The translations under genes were made by a program, and so were the position numbers. Source: Eledone cirrhosa (taxonomy: Eukaryota). From it: DNA of 64,000 nucleotides. The DNA is taken from contig OZ024740.1 of assembly GCA_964016885.1 (NCBI GenBank), positions 302,560,001 to 302,624,000 of the forward strand, given 5' to 3'. Positions 52,176 through 64,000 of this stretch are shown one piece after another (within the stretch, counting starts at the first letter, position 1; the number at the start of each line of letters is the position of its first letter). Below the pieces are notes generated by a model that searched no databases, was not told where the DNA came from, and saw only the letters and a program-made list of their open reading frames with translations.

Positions 52176-54221
52176 TTTTCTTTTCCTTTATTATCAGTGG
52201 TTTCTTTCATTATTTGGAGGCAAGGCGAAACTTCAGTAGCTTTTTCGAAAAATCCTAATTTACTCATCTTTTTTCGTTTTCCCTATGCCGAGGATTTATA
52301 GAGCTAGTGATTGTCACATAATTCGGCAGTGTCAAAAGAATAGGAAATAAATCCTATCAATGGCAGCCATGATAGTTTCTTCTAGTCAGATCTTCCCGGG
52401 GGAAGGATTGAAATCGACATTGAAAACGAAAGAATCATTCGTCAGTTTTAGAATTCTCTTGTTTCTTACTAAACCATGTTGTTAAAACTAGGGGAACTCG
52501 GATGTTAAACTTAAGTTTCTTGACAACAGACGCTTGACATTGTCAGTGACAGAATATTAACCAGGGCTGGTTGTCGGATGCATTATCGATTAAGCCGGTT
52601 ATCTGCATAGTATCTCGATCAATGTTAACCATGAATTGTTCCGCTTTGCGGTAAAATAGAAATGATTTAGCAGATTATATAATATGATGCCTGATATGTC
52701 CTGCTAGTGGGCATGATAGGTGTATGGAAATAATGTTGTTGAGAATTAGTTTTAGAATCAGAAAGTTCCGATATTAGGAAAGATAAAGGGAATGATGTTA
52801 AGCTATATAAAGATAACCCTGTGGGTGAGTTATAAACAATCTTGGAATTTGGTAAATTTTTCCATCCAATTCTTATTGAATTCGGTTCTTTTATTGTTGC
52901 TTGTAGCTTCTCTCGCCATATTGCAAATGTATCTATGTAAAGTTTATTTTTCTTTCTTTTTCTGTTCCTGGACAAGCCACTTAGCTCTCTGGCCTTTCAG
53001 AACAGGCTGTATACCTAATTAAGAAAGAAATCGTTACTGCGTTTAGATATTATTCTCTTTTATGTGTTTTTATTATGATTTTTCTACAAGAAATCGAAGT
53101 TTCTTGTTGCTGTTAATATTCGCAGCAATGCTACTGTTGTATTTGACGTTATTATTCCTTTTTTTTTTTTGTCTATGTTCTTATAAACTTTATGTTTGAT
53201 TGTTTATTGCTGTTATTCTTATTATTTACGTATTTAATGCCCCGGGATGTTTTTTTACTGTAGTTATTAATATTTCTGCCTTTGTTTTTACTTCTTTGCC
53301 AATATTCCATTGATTTTGTTTTAACAACATTTGTTGTTGTTGTTAAAAGTATTATTAATATTATTATTATTCATAATATTGTTAATAATATTTCTCTATA
53401 ATAATAATTATTGTTATTATCATTATCATCATCATCAGCATCATCTTTATTAACTGTTCTTGTTATAATTATTGTTTATGATAGATTTCTTTTCTTGTTT
53501 CTTTTTAAATATTTATTATATTGCTGTTATTGTTGTTGCTTTTGTTATTGATGATCCTGTTGTTGATTTTATTGTTGCTATTTGTATATTATATGGACAA
53601 TAAAGCCAAGATAAGTAATTGGCTGGAGTTTGTTCATGGAATATATATCTCTGTCTGAAAGGGACTTTAGGCTTGCATTGTTTCTCCAGAGATTTCTCTA
53701 TAATATGAAAGCTTGTTCACTGGCTCCCCTATGTCTTCAGTCAGATAAATCTTCGATCGAAACACAAAAGATTCTATCACAGAGCAGTTTTCATATTCCC
53801 AGACCACCAGATTATTATGACGCTTTCTATATTAATATCTCTTTTCATTTTACTGCATTTTTTACTATCATATTATATTATGTACACGGACATAAGCAAT
53901 CACAGACCCATATATACACACACACACACACCACACACACACACACACATATATATACATATATATATGTGTGTGTGTGTGTTTGTATCTATGTACACAC
54001 ATATATATATATATATACATATATATATATGTGTGTGTACATAGACACAAACACACACACACACATATATATATATATGTATATATATATACGTATATAT
54101 ATATATATGTGTGTGTGTGTGTGAGTGTGTCTGTGTCTATGTACATATATATATATACATATACATTTACATATATATACATACATATACATTTACATAT
54201 ATATATATATATATATACATT

Positions 54222-54252
<31 letters not shown>

Positions 54253-56259
54253 CATATATCATATATCATATATTATGTATTATGTAATCATGTATCCGTT
54301 TGTCTTAAGAAACGTTGAGAAATTTTGGAATCACCAGGCGCCTCTGTCAACGTTTCCCGTCTCTAGGGGTACTTTACCAGATTTCCACAACTATTGTTTA
54401 TAGAAATCGACTACTGTTATTTAGATTAGGTTGACTACATTTCAAATTTCATATTACAAGACGTTTATTAGTCAAGTGCATAAATATATATATATATATA
54501 TATATATATGGATGTGTGTGTGTGTGTGTATGTGTGTCTGTGTGTGTGTGTGTGTGTATGTCTGTCTGTGTCTCTTTGTCTATGTGTATGTTCATATATA
54601 TATAGAGAGAGAGAGAGAACAGGTAAGGCGAGAGCAAATAAGACAAATAGAAACATCGAGAATCATTATACTCCATCCAAAATGTTTACATACTTCTAGG
54701 ATATAAATTCCAGATCAAATATTTCCATTAGATAGAAGTAAATCTATTGGCTAAATAAATATGTAGTAATAACTTTGCCATTGCAGGATTCCTGGTTTGG
54801 TGTACCTTGGGTTAAGGTCTTCAACCGCAGCATCAGGATGTCCAGTGATTTTTGGGGTGAAATATGGGTGTTGGAAATATTTTTGAATACTTGTGAAAGC
54901 GAAAAATGATAAACAGTACGTCGCACAAAAAAAGGATATATATTCCATTCACGTTGTACATACGTTCCCTTGTTAATCACCCCAGGAGTGACAACGTTAT
55001 GCCAAAATGCAACGACCCGTCGCTAATCAATAGCAGACGAAGCTAATGCTCGCAAAATGCATGAAATAAATGACTAAATCAATAATGACTTGCCCAATTC
55101 AAGTCATTGACCTACTTGCTAACATAAAATTAATTGAGAATGATTTTTAGATGTATGTGAAAGAGGACCGAGCTCTTAATTACCTTACGTTATATGAAAC
55201 ATTAAAACTAATACTAAATATTTCTCCCATTATACACGTTAATCGCTGGTCGTAAAATCCGAGATAACACATTATATTTACATGATGGATCATCTATCTA
55301 TGACCGATATGAACCTTCTATCTTTATCAAAACCATTACGATGAAATCTTCCCCCAATCCATCAAATATTTAAAAAATGTGCTTTTTCTGGAAATTTCCA
55401 TTAATCAAACAATAGGTATTTTTTTTAATAAAACAATAAAAGAATGCCACAGCGAAAGTAATACCCTTATATTTACAGGTTTTCTGAAAGCACTAAACAC
55501 GCTATCATCACTAAATGAAAGCAACCCACAATTGATTACGTTAAGACCTGTTTCTTTTACATATCATATACTTAAATATTTAAATGAATTTTTGGTTCCT
55601 ATAAATGCCTGTTCCTCTTAGTCAGTCATCTAAATCATCTACTGGTTATATTATAGTAGCAAAATATTCGATAGTGATTTATTTGCACATGAATTAAACA
55701 TTCTTGTAGGCTCATTTGGCATTCTCTCGAGGTTGGACATTTGAATTACAAGTAAAGTTTGCCTGATCAATTTCTACACATTCCTTCTAAATAGTTTCAT
55801 TCACAAGGCTAGAGTGACCTAAAGTTTTAGCAGAAGACATTTACTAAATGTGACATACTTTATGATAGAGGCCATGAGTACATAGTTGCAAAGGAAACAC
55901 TTAAATATTCGACCACATCTACTCCGAGAATAATTTTTTCTTAAGTGATAATTATCAAAACATATTTTATGCAATGGAAAAGCTATACCGATGCTGAAAT
56001 CATGTTTTGATGGATGTAAACATTGCAGTTACATAGGCTCCTCCATCAACTCCAGCTATAGGATAACTCAAAGGTGTTACTTGGAGCAAATGAAGTAGAT
56101 TATATATAAAACTATAATGCCATTTGGACTGTATGATGAAATTTATTCATGGAATAAAAATATCGATTTCAACGATAGAGAGATTGTATGGATCATATTA
56201 GAGAATAAAGTCTTCAGTAATTATTTTAGAGGGCCCAAAGAACCAATTCTACTTCAGAT

Positions 56260-56545
56260 TTCGTTTTAGGTTTTATTTCCACCGGGATTAACTTTGCCTT
56301 TCATCCTTACACGGTCAATAAAATAAAACACCAGTAGTCCACTGGGATATTGCTGCCCTTGTGCCAAAATTATTATAATGTTGACTAAAGTGGTGGAAAG
56401 GCGAAATCGTTAGAGCACCAGACAAGATTCTCTGTGGTATTTGTATACGCATCTTTAGGTTCTAAGTTAAAATTCCACCGAAATTAAATTTGCCTTTCAT
56501 CTTTCCGAGGTCGATAAAATAAAGCACCACCCAAGTATTGACTTC
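56260..56545 (+). mobile_element. Two diverged SINE family A copies
   Basis: ttgcctttcatc...gtc.ataaaataaa.cacca body occurs twice. Confidence 0.7.
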
Positions 56546-56974
56546 CATTTAATCGGCTTTCCATTCTTATTCTCTTCTTCTTTGCTCACTTATTCCAGAG
56601 GGGCCGTAGTGGCTGAGCTCTCAAACACTCCTTCCAGCAAGTCCTATCAGAAGGAACCGGCTTTCTCTTCTTTAAAAAATGACTAGACTTATGTCTGAAG
56701 TAGAAATATTTATTACAATTTGCAGTAATGTAGCCTATTACATGCTGTAAGATATTGGGATTTAATTCGGTTATCTTTATATGCGAGAGGTATAGATGGA
56801 ATATGCCAGTATTGTGAGAGATATTTGTTATCATCTGTGGTGCCAATTATACTAATCCCAAGTATTATATGTATCTAATAAACGTCACCACTATTCATTC
56901 TTTTGTTGCATATATGTTGCCAATATTCCCGAGCAAAATATTTACTGCAAATACTAGAAAGACATTCATGTAAA

Positions 56975-57555
56975 AAATGGTTTCTGATTCAGGCACAAGG
57001 TCAGCAATTTTGAAAGTCGACTAAATTTTCCTCAGTGCGTGACTAGTACTTTATTTTACCGACCACGTTAAGATGAGAAGAAAAGCTAATCTCGGTGGGA
57101 TTTGAACACAGAACGTCAAAGGCCACAACTCTATGCCGCGAAGCATGTTGTCCGACGCTCTACCGATATGTCAATTCACTATATTCCAGTAAATAATGAT
57201 TTCTACTATAGGCATAAAACACGCAGTTTGAAAGGGAGGAGAAAGTCGATTAAATCGACCTCAGTGTATTACTGGTGCTTTATTTTATCGACCCCGTAAG
57301 GATGAAAGGCAAAGCTAACCTCAGCGGGATTTGAACTCAGAACGTAAAGTGCCATAACTCAAGGCTACAAAGCATGGTGTCTGACGCTCTACCGATATGC
57401 CAACCCCCTACTTTCCAGTAAATAATAACTGTTTCTACTTTGGCACAAGGCCAGCAATTACCCAGTGCATTACTGGTACTTTATTTTATCGACCCCGTAA
57501 GGATGAAAGACAAAGTAAACCTCGCCGGGATTTGAACTCAGAATGGCAAGGACAG
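56975..57555 (-). mobile_element. Three stacked SINE family A copies
   Basis: Copies at about 56975-57175, 57198-57410 and 57430-57552, each followed by ttccagtaaataat. Confidence 0.85.
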
Positions 57556-58006
57556 TTTCCAGTAAATAATAACATTAGTTAAAAGTTAATCTATAACTCG
57601 AACCCATGAATAAATCTAGATACACTACCATCTAAATTCATTTTGTGTCAAGTTTCAGCTATATAGTGAAGACTAGTAAAAGCTTTGGTGCATCAGAGAC
57701 ACCCACCTTTTCGCATACTACTTAAGTGGTACAACCGAAGAATTTCTATCTGATAGAATGATTGCGTATAGAAAACTAACAACAGAAAATAATCACGTGA
57801 CTACTTCACATCTGAAGCAATATATTTCAGATATAACTTCCTGTCATCACAAAATCGGAATTTTATTTTATTTATTGAGAAATTCATATTCCTATTTTTT
57901 TTTCTCATTGTTTTTAACCCTTTTTTTAATTTTTGCTACACATTTATTACCGCTTCATAGAATCATGAAATTAAGCATTTGAAATAGTTCAATAGGCTAC
58001 ATAGGC

Positions 58007-58057
<51 letters not shown>

Positions 58058-58104
58058 TATATATATATAATATAAGATCAAAAGATGGTTAAAAGAGTTC
58101 AAAG

Positions 58105-58175
58105 TATTTTATTATGCGCATTTCAAAAACAAATATCATCATGGGATGATATCTGCGTTCTCATCAGATAAAATA
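58105..58175 (-). ncRNA. Hammerhead ribozyme, TGCGCA family (element about 58070-58430)
   Basis: Minus strand: tattttat CTGATGA gaacgcagatatcatc-ccat-gatgatatttgttttt GAAA tgcgca TA ataaaata. Confidence 0.78.
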
Positions 58176-58429
58176 GGGAGACATGATATGAAGTTTAAAA
58201 AACACTTGTGAATAGTGAAGTTTTAAATCAACATATGAAAATAAATTAAGATTGATGTATGAGATTGGGAAAAAGTGAGGGGGGGGGTAAGGAAGAGGAA
58301 GAGATGAGAGTAAAGAATGGTGGGGGAGGAGTATAAGAAGGAAGGATGAGAGAGGAGGAGAGATGGGTGATAGAGAGAGAGAGAGAGATAGCCTTTACAA
58401 CTGAGAAAAAAATAAAACTGACCTCCTAC

Positions 58430-58495
<66 letters not shown>

Positions 58496-58577
58496 TTATA
58501 TATATACATACTTATATAAATATATTAATAAATGTATGTATATACATACACACACTTATCTCTCTCGCTCTCTCTCA

Positions 58578-58644
<67 letters not shown>

Positions 58645-58775
58645 GGGAGAGAGAGAGAGACGTGTATGTGTATGTATATACATAAATTAATTAATATATT
58701 TATATATGTATATATATATACTTGTATAAATATATAAATATGTGTATATATATACACACACAAATACACACACAA

Positions 58776-59080
58776 TTTTATAGCCATGTCAGTAGAATGA
58801 ACACTTCATTCTTGCTCTTGTGTTGGCATGTGAACAGAACTGCAGACACTAATGTTTCTGGGTATCACCCTTCATCAGTACAGCTCACTGTTCACCTGCC
58901 AAACTGTCAGAGCTAGTGAAAATATATGCTTTCACTAGCTCTGACAGTTTGGCAGGTGAACAGTGAGATGTACTGATGAAGGGTGATATTCAGAAACATT
59001 AGTGTCTGCAGTTCTGTTCACATGCCAATCAAACAAGAGCAAGAATGAAGGGTTCATTCTACTGACATGGCTATAAAATT
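58776..59080. repeat. Palindrome with about 145-bp arms and hammerhead-like motifs on both strands
   Basis: Centre gaa-aatatatgc-tttc. CTGATGA a gggt-gat-accc a GAAA cat TA at about 58845-58880 (minus) and 58970-59003 (plus). Stems I and III are weak. Related sequence at 19980-20095. Confidence 0.8.
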
Positions 59081-59229
59081 GAGGCGTATTTGCATAATTG
59101 CAAACGAATCGAATGTTATTATTAATATTCGAAAATCTCAGATTACATTTATTATATATATGCGTATGTTTGTACGTGGGGAGTAAGTCTGTGGGAGGGG
59201 GTATGTATATTTTCGTAAACCAAAATATT

Positions 59230-59680
59230 GGAGATATGAGCTAACAGCTTTGCTAACAGTTATCCATCTTCGATCCAGTGGTATACTGTTTTCCGGCTGA
59301 GGCAAGTAGAAATGAAGCCGGAGATTCACTTCCGTGCCTGGCTGACATTTTCCAGTCATTGTGAAATGTGCAGAGACTCCCTCAGAAGATCAGTGATGCC
59401 AGAATTGACTACATCAATAAAAAGAAAGGGAATCGTTAGTCATCCGACTACTATAAATATTGCATCTTCTATCCGTCTCTGGCAACATCCTGGAATGTTT
59501 CATGTACAACCATATGCTTGTCACCGAGAACAAAATTTAACTGGCTCTAATAGACATGAGGTGACTCGGTAAACCCTGCACTATCTTGGCAGAACGAATT
59601 ACTGTTTGCAGTTTTATTCTCGCTTATGCCCAAGCCGCATAGAGGAAAGTGTGTGCTGATGTAGAGAAGATACGTTCATG
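59230..59680 (+). pseudogene. Degraded RTE RT N-terminal fragment
   Basis: FPAE..., RLPQKISDARIDYINKKKGNR, LLSVSGNILECFMYNH resemble the RTE pattern PQDxxDAxIxxxxKKKGDR...LLSxxGKILxxxxxNR. Confidence 0.55.
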
Positions 59681-59916
59681 CCCGCCATTAAGTTAAAACT
59701 ATAATTAAACTATGCGTGGCAATTGCCAACTAGTAGGAGAGGATTTCTGGCCCGGGTATGCCTCATCGGCCACGTCAGGTTCGATCAGATTGAACAGATA
59801 AGAAAGCCAATATTCAGTTTCGATGATCTTCGACAACAAAAGATGAAGAACACCAACACACAACTACAAACATACACAAGTGAATACATATACATACATA
59901 ATAATACATATACTGC

Positions 59917-60014
<98 letters not shown>

Positions 60015-60015
<1 letters not shown>

Positions 60016-60990
60016 TAGCAGATTTACCCAGCGTTGCTCGGGGTTTGAAATTATGCTAAGAAGAACATTATTTGTCTCCAACCTGTCAAAATAAGCAGAA
60101 GTCTTCAATAATTAATGTAAACGAATATTTAGTGCAATCTTTGTACGCATAAAACTATGTTGATAATGAAGGAAAACACTGAACAGGATGTAGTTATACA
60201 AATGATTAAAGGAAATACACGTTGCAAATCTGTAAAAACACAAAAAGTTGTAATGAAAGCAGACTTGTATACAAACAAAAAAAACAATGAGAGTAGAATA
60301 AGAGAAAATCTATTCTTAGAGAGCATCCTTTGCTGTGTATCGTTAAATTTTGAACTTATAATACAAAATATCCTGCATGACATATTCATTGGTAGTTTTG
60401 TAATGATTAAGGTGAAGTCAAGGCAGAGCTGTAATAAGTTTTTTTTTGTTAACACTAAAGCACTTCAGGATAGACGATATTCTTTGTTTTCTTTTCGGAA
60501 CAAACGCAAAGAGATTATCTCGACTGCCAACTCGTGAGCAGGCAACGTAGAATTGTCCGTGCGAAAAGCAAGGTTCATCCAAGTAAATTCCAGTGACGGA
60601 CAGAGTTTGACCTTGCGCCTTGTTTATGGACATCGCAAAGGCAACACGAAGGGGAAATTGGGTTCGGCAAAATGAGAAGGGAGTCTCCACGTCTGATGTA
60701 GTCAGGCTAATTTTTGTTATTATCACATCCTCGCCTTTTCCACATCCGGATAGAATGGTAGCGTCAATACTAAGTGGAGACAGTTTTTTAACCACAAGGC
60801 GTGTACCATTGCATAGTTTTGGAGGAGTGATATTTCTCAGCAAAATAACTGGCGTTCCCTCTTTCAGAACCAATGTATTAGGAGGTAAACCAGGAGGATT
60901 TAAAGAATTTAGAAATTCAACTGGATAATTGACCGCATCCTGTGGATCACATCCAGTATCAATAGATTTATATATCCAAGGATATCCAGC
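60015..60990 (-). mobile_element. Helitron 3' fragment: Pif1-like helicase C-terminus plus terminal hairpin and CTAG
   Basis: YPVEFLNSLNPPGLPP..LKEGTPVILLRN..LCNGTRL...QFPLRVAFAMSINKAQGQT...FSHGQFYVACSRV. The 3' end reads cccgagc-aac-gctggg...CTAG|T at 60015-60042. Confidence 0.9.
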
Positions 60991-61095
60991 AAGAATTCTG
61001 TTCAGTATGTTCCTTCATTGTCAAAAAAGTTTGATGTGTACGAATACAGCTGGAAGCATAGATAATGCCTGCCTCAAATGTGGACGAAATTACAT

Positions 61096-61526
61096 TAAAA
61101 ATGTAAAAGCTGTAGGTCTCAATTGTTTGAATGGAAAGTCCCATAAGGATTGTTCTAAAAATAAACAAACCATCATCAAAATCTCGTCAATTCGAGACTG
61201 CTGCGAGATTAGGACCTTACCGTGAAAATTATCAGTTAATATAGTGAAACAAGTTAAAACAAGTGCTTTTTTAACTTTGAAAGTGCAACAAATTTTTTTT
61301 TGTATCAACATGGGTTATGAAAGTTTAAAAAATGTAAAAGTTGTAGGTCCCAATGGTTTGAATAGAAAGTCCCATAATGATTGTTCTAAAAATAAAAAAA
61401 AACATCATCAAAATCTCGTCAATTCGAGACTACTGCGAGATTAGGCCCTTAATGCGAAAATTAACACTTAATATAGTGAAACAAGTTAAAACAACAAGTG
61501 TTTTTTAACTTTGAAAGTGCAACAAA
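61096..61526. repeat. Two tandem copies of an approximately 200-bp unit (period about 231 bp) adjoining the Helitron
   Basis: 61096-61292 matches 61327-61526. Confidence 0.85.
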
Positions 61527-62248
61527 GAATAAACAAGAAACAAACGATAATATTAGTGATTTATCTTCAAATGAAACTGATGTTTATATTTCTGAAATTT
61601 CGTCCGACGATGATCGTTGTTTTAAAATTGAAAACGAAGGTCTCAATATTTCACTCTCTTTAAGACAACATTAGTCTACGACCTCTTTTATACCATAAAC
61701 GTGGTTCTGTCTTTGCGCGTAATTGTTTTCAACCGCTCCTATTAATGACGTATTATTCGTTTTTTCCCGTTCTTTGCCAGCGAACGTTCCCACGAACCAA
61801 AGTATCGTCTTCCTGTCTTCCTCCGGTTGCAACGTTTTTTGAAATATCCAGTTCTGCGTTTACAGATTGACTTTGTTGTTTCAGAAGATCCCGTTAAGGG
61901 TGAAAGCAGCGATTCTTTGCTTAAACTTTAATCTGTTATTTTAATAAATATTTGCTCTACGGTTCTTATATATTTGATATATATTTATCCTTGTCGAGCC
62001 CTCTTTGGATTTTAGTCTTCAAATTTATTATTATTACTATATATATATATATATATATAGGAAAATGTTGAACGCCGATGGCAGAGCTCAAGCCTTTTCG
62101 ATGGCTATTTCTGGAATAGCCGTCGAAACGGCTTGAGGTCTGTCGTCGGGGTTGAACATTTTCTTATTACCCACTCTACTATCCTAAGTATTGAGTACTC
62201 TGGTGCGTTATAGTCCATCTGGTTCCTTACCACACTTCCTTCGTTATA

Positions 62249-62328
<80 letters not shown>

Positions 62329-62542
62329 CTATTATATATATATATATACATATACATACTATTATATATATATATATATATACATTATATATATATATAT
62401 AATTTTGAAAATTTGGACTGTGAACAACAATTATAATTGAGTGGCTGCTATTTGCAGTATAGCAATATAAGGTTGCACTTACCAATGAAACGGTCGTAAA
62501 TACCTGGATTAAATCCTTCTCTTAATGCTTACCTGTGTTTTC

Positions 62543-62579
<37 letters not shown>

Positions 62580-62726
62580 GTGGTAAGGAACCTGGTGGAC
62601 CATAAGGCACCAGAGTACTCGATACTTAGGATAGTAGAGTGAGCTCCGACCATTTTGACCACTTGATCCGAACTAAACCAGTAGTATATACTCAGCTGTC
62701 GGGGTCCAGTCTCTTTGTATATATGT

Positions 62727-62791
<65 letters not shown>

Positions 62792-63097
62792 TGTGTGTCT
62801 GTGTGTGTCTGTGTGTGTATGTGTGTGTCTGTGTGTGTCTGTGTGTGTCTGTGGGTGTCTGTGGGTGTCTGTGTTTATTTATAAATGTATTAATGCACAT
62901 ATATATAATATGTCTCGGTTATCAGGTTCTTGTGTTTTTTTAAGACTAGCTAGTCATCTAGAATGACTAACTAACATTGGTTTAACTCGATCACCAGTCA
63001 ACCTACATATATTATAAATACAACTCTACCTCATGTCTTGAGTCACAGCATCAGTAAAAAATTGTCATTAATGTATCTATAAAACTCCAAACTAATG

Positions 63098-63145
<48 letters not shown>

Positions 63146-63265
63146 CGTGCGTGTGTGTGTGTGTGTGTGTGTATCGGTGTGCGTGTGTGCGTGTGTGTGT
63201 GTTTGTGTGTGTTTTAGATTGGAGTTTTATGGATGCAGCAATAACAAGCTTTTACTGATGGAGTC

Positions 63266-63331
<66 letters not shown>

Positions 63332-63471
63332 TTATATTTATATATATATATATATGTGTGTCTGTGTGTGTTTGTGTTTTGGGGCGTGTGTGTCTACAAG
63401 GAAATTCATACATATCCATGTATAATTAATTTGAAACCATACACCTGCATACCTATGCAATTATATATGCG

Positions 63472-63518
<47 letters not shown>

Positions 63519-64000
63519 ATGGGTGTGTGTGTGTGTGTGTGTGCGTGTGTGTGTTTGTATGGGTGTGCACGCGCGTGACTGAAGTTATGTGTATTGTGTC
63601 AGTTTGTGTGGGAAAGAGCGAGTGTTAACTTAGTCATTATTGAATAAACTATTAGAATTCTTAAGGTGCCAATATTTTTACTGCTCGTTCATTATTCGTT
63701 TTGGGGAAATTATTCCACACAATATTTTTGTCGCCTTCAATTGTTTCATCTTCCAAATGTTGAGCACCATTGTATTTTTTATTCTTCTCTTTATTCGGTT
63801 TATTCTTTTGTTCCTTTATTCGTTTTATTCGTTTGTTCGTTTTTATTGCTTCATATCAAGGAAGCATGGACGGATAAAGAAAGCAAAAATAAAAGAATAT
63901 AGGCTCAGACACAATAGGTTTCGGCAAGGAAATTAAATGTCTCAAATAGAGTGAAAAGAGCGTTTCCCTCATCGGAATTCCACATATTTCTCAAAAGCTA

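Noticed and set aside
52230-52990. Possible PLE reverse transcriptase remnant on the minus strand; similar hints at 21000-21600 and 38600-39180
   Set aside because: Only vague motif echoes (e.g. NDSFVFN); needs a profile search.

Overview
AT-rich, microsatellite-dense eukaryotic DNA with no host exon that I can support. The repeat content (tRNA-derived SINEs, RTE fragments, long TA/CA runs) suggests an animal, probably a cephalopod such as Octopus; this is inference. Recognisable elements: an open L1/Tx1 ORF2 endonuclease (1-1044, minus strand), RLE-type LINE fragments (CRE-like and R4/Dong-like), many RTE fragments, a mariner 5' fragment, a Tigger/pogo element retaining both TIRs and carrying a nested fold-back MITE with TTAGGG repeats, a Helitron 3' end, two SINE families and Penelope-like element (PLE) GIY-YIG fragments. 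The main unexplained pattern is a set of at least 5-6 element families next to (TA)n runs that carry type-I hammerhead ribozyme folds with short, mostly palindromic stem III. Most are arranged as head-to-head fold-backs of 0.1-3.6 kb with the ribozymes pointing outward, including variants with a long stem II and a non-canonical core. Also notable are twin-priming-like 5' inversions in RTE copies and a palindrome built around a tRNA-like head. Everything was read by eye; boundaries are approximate unless a motif is quoted.
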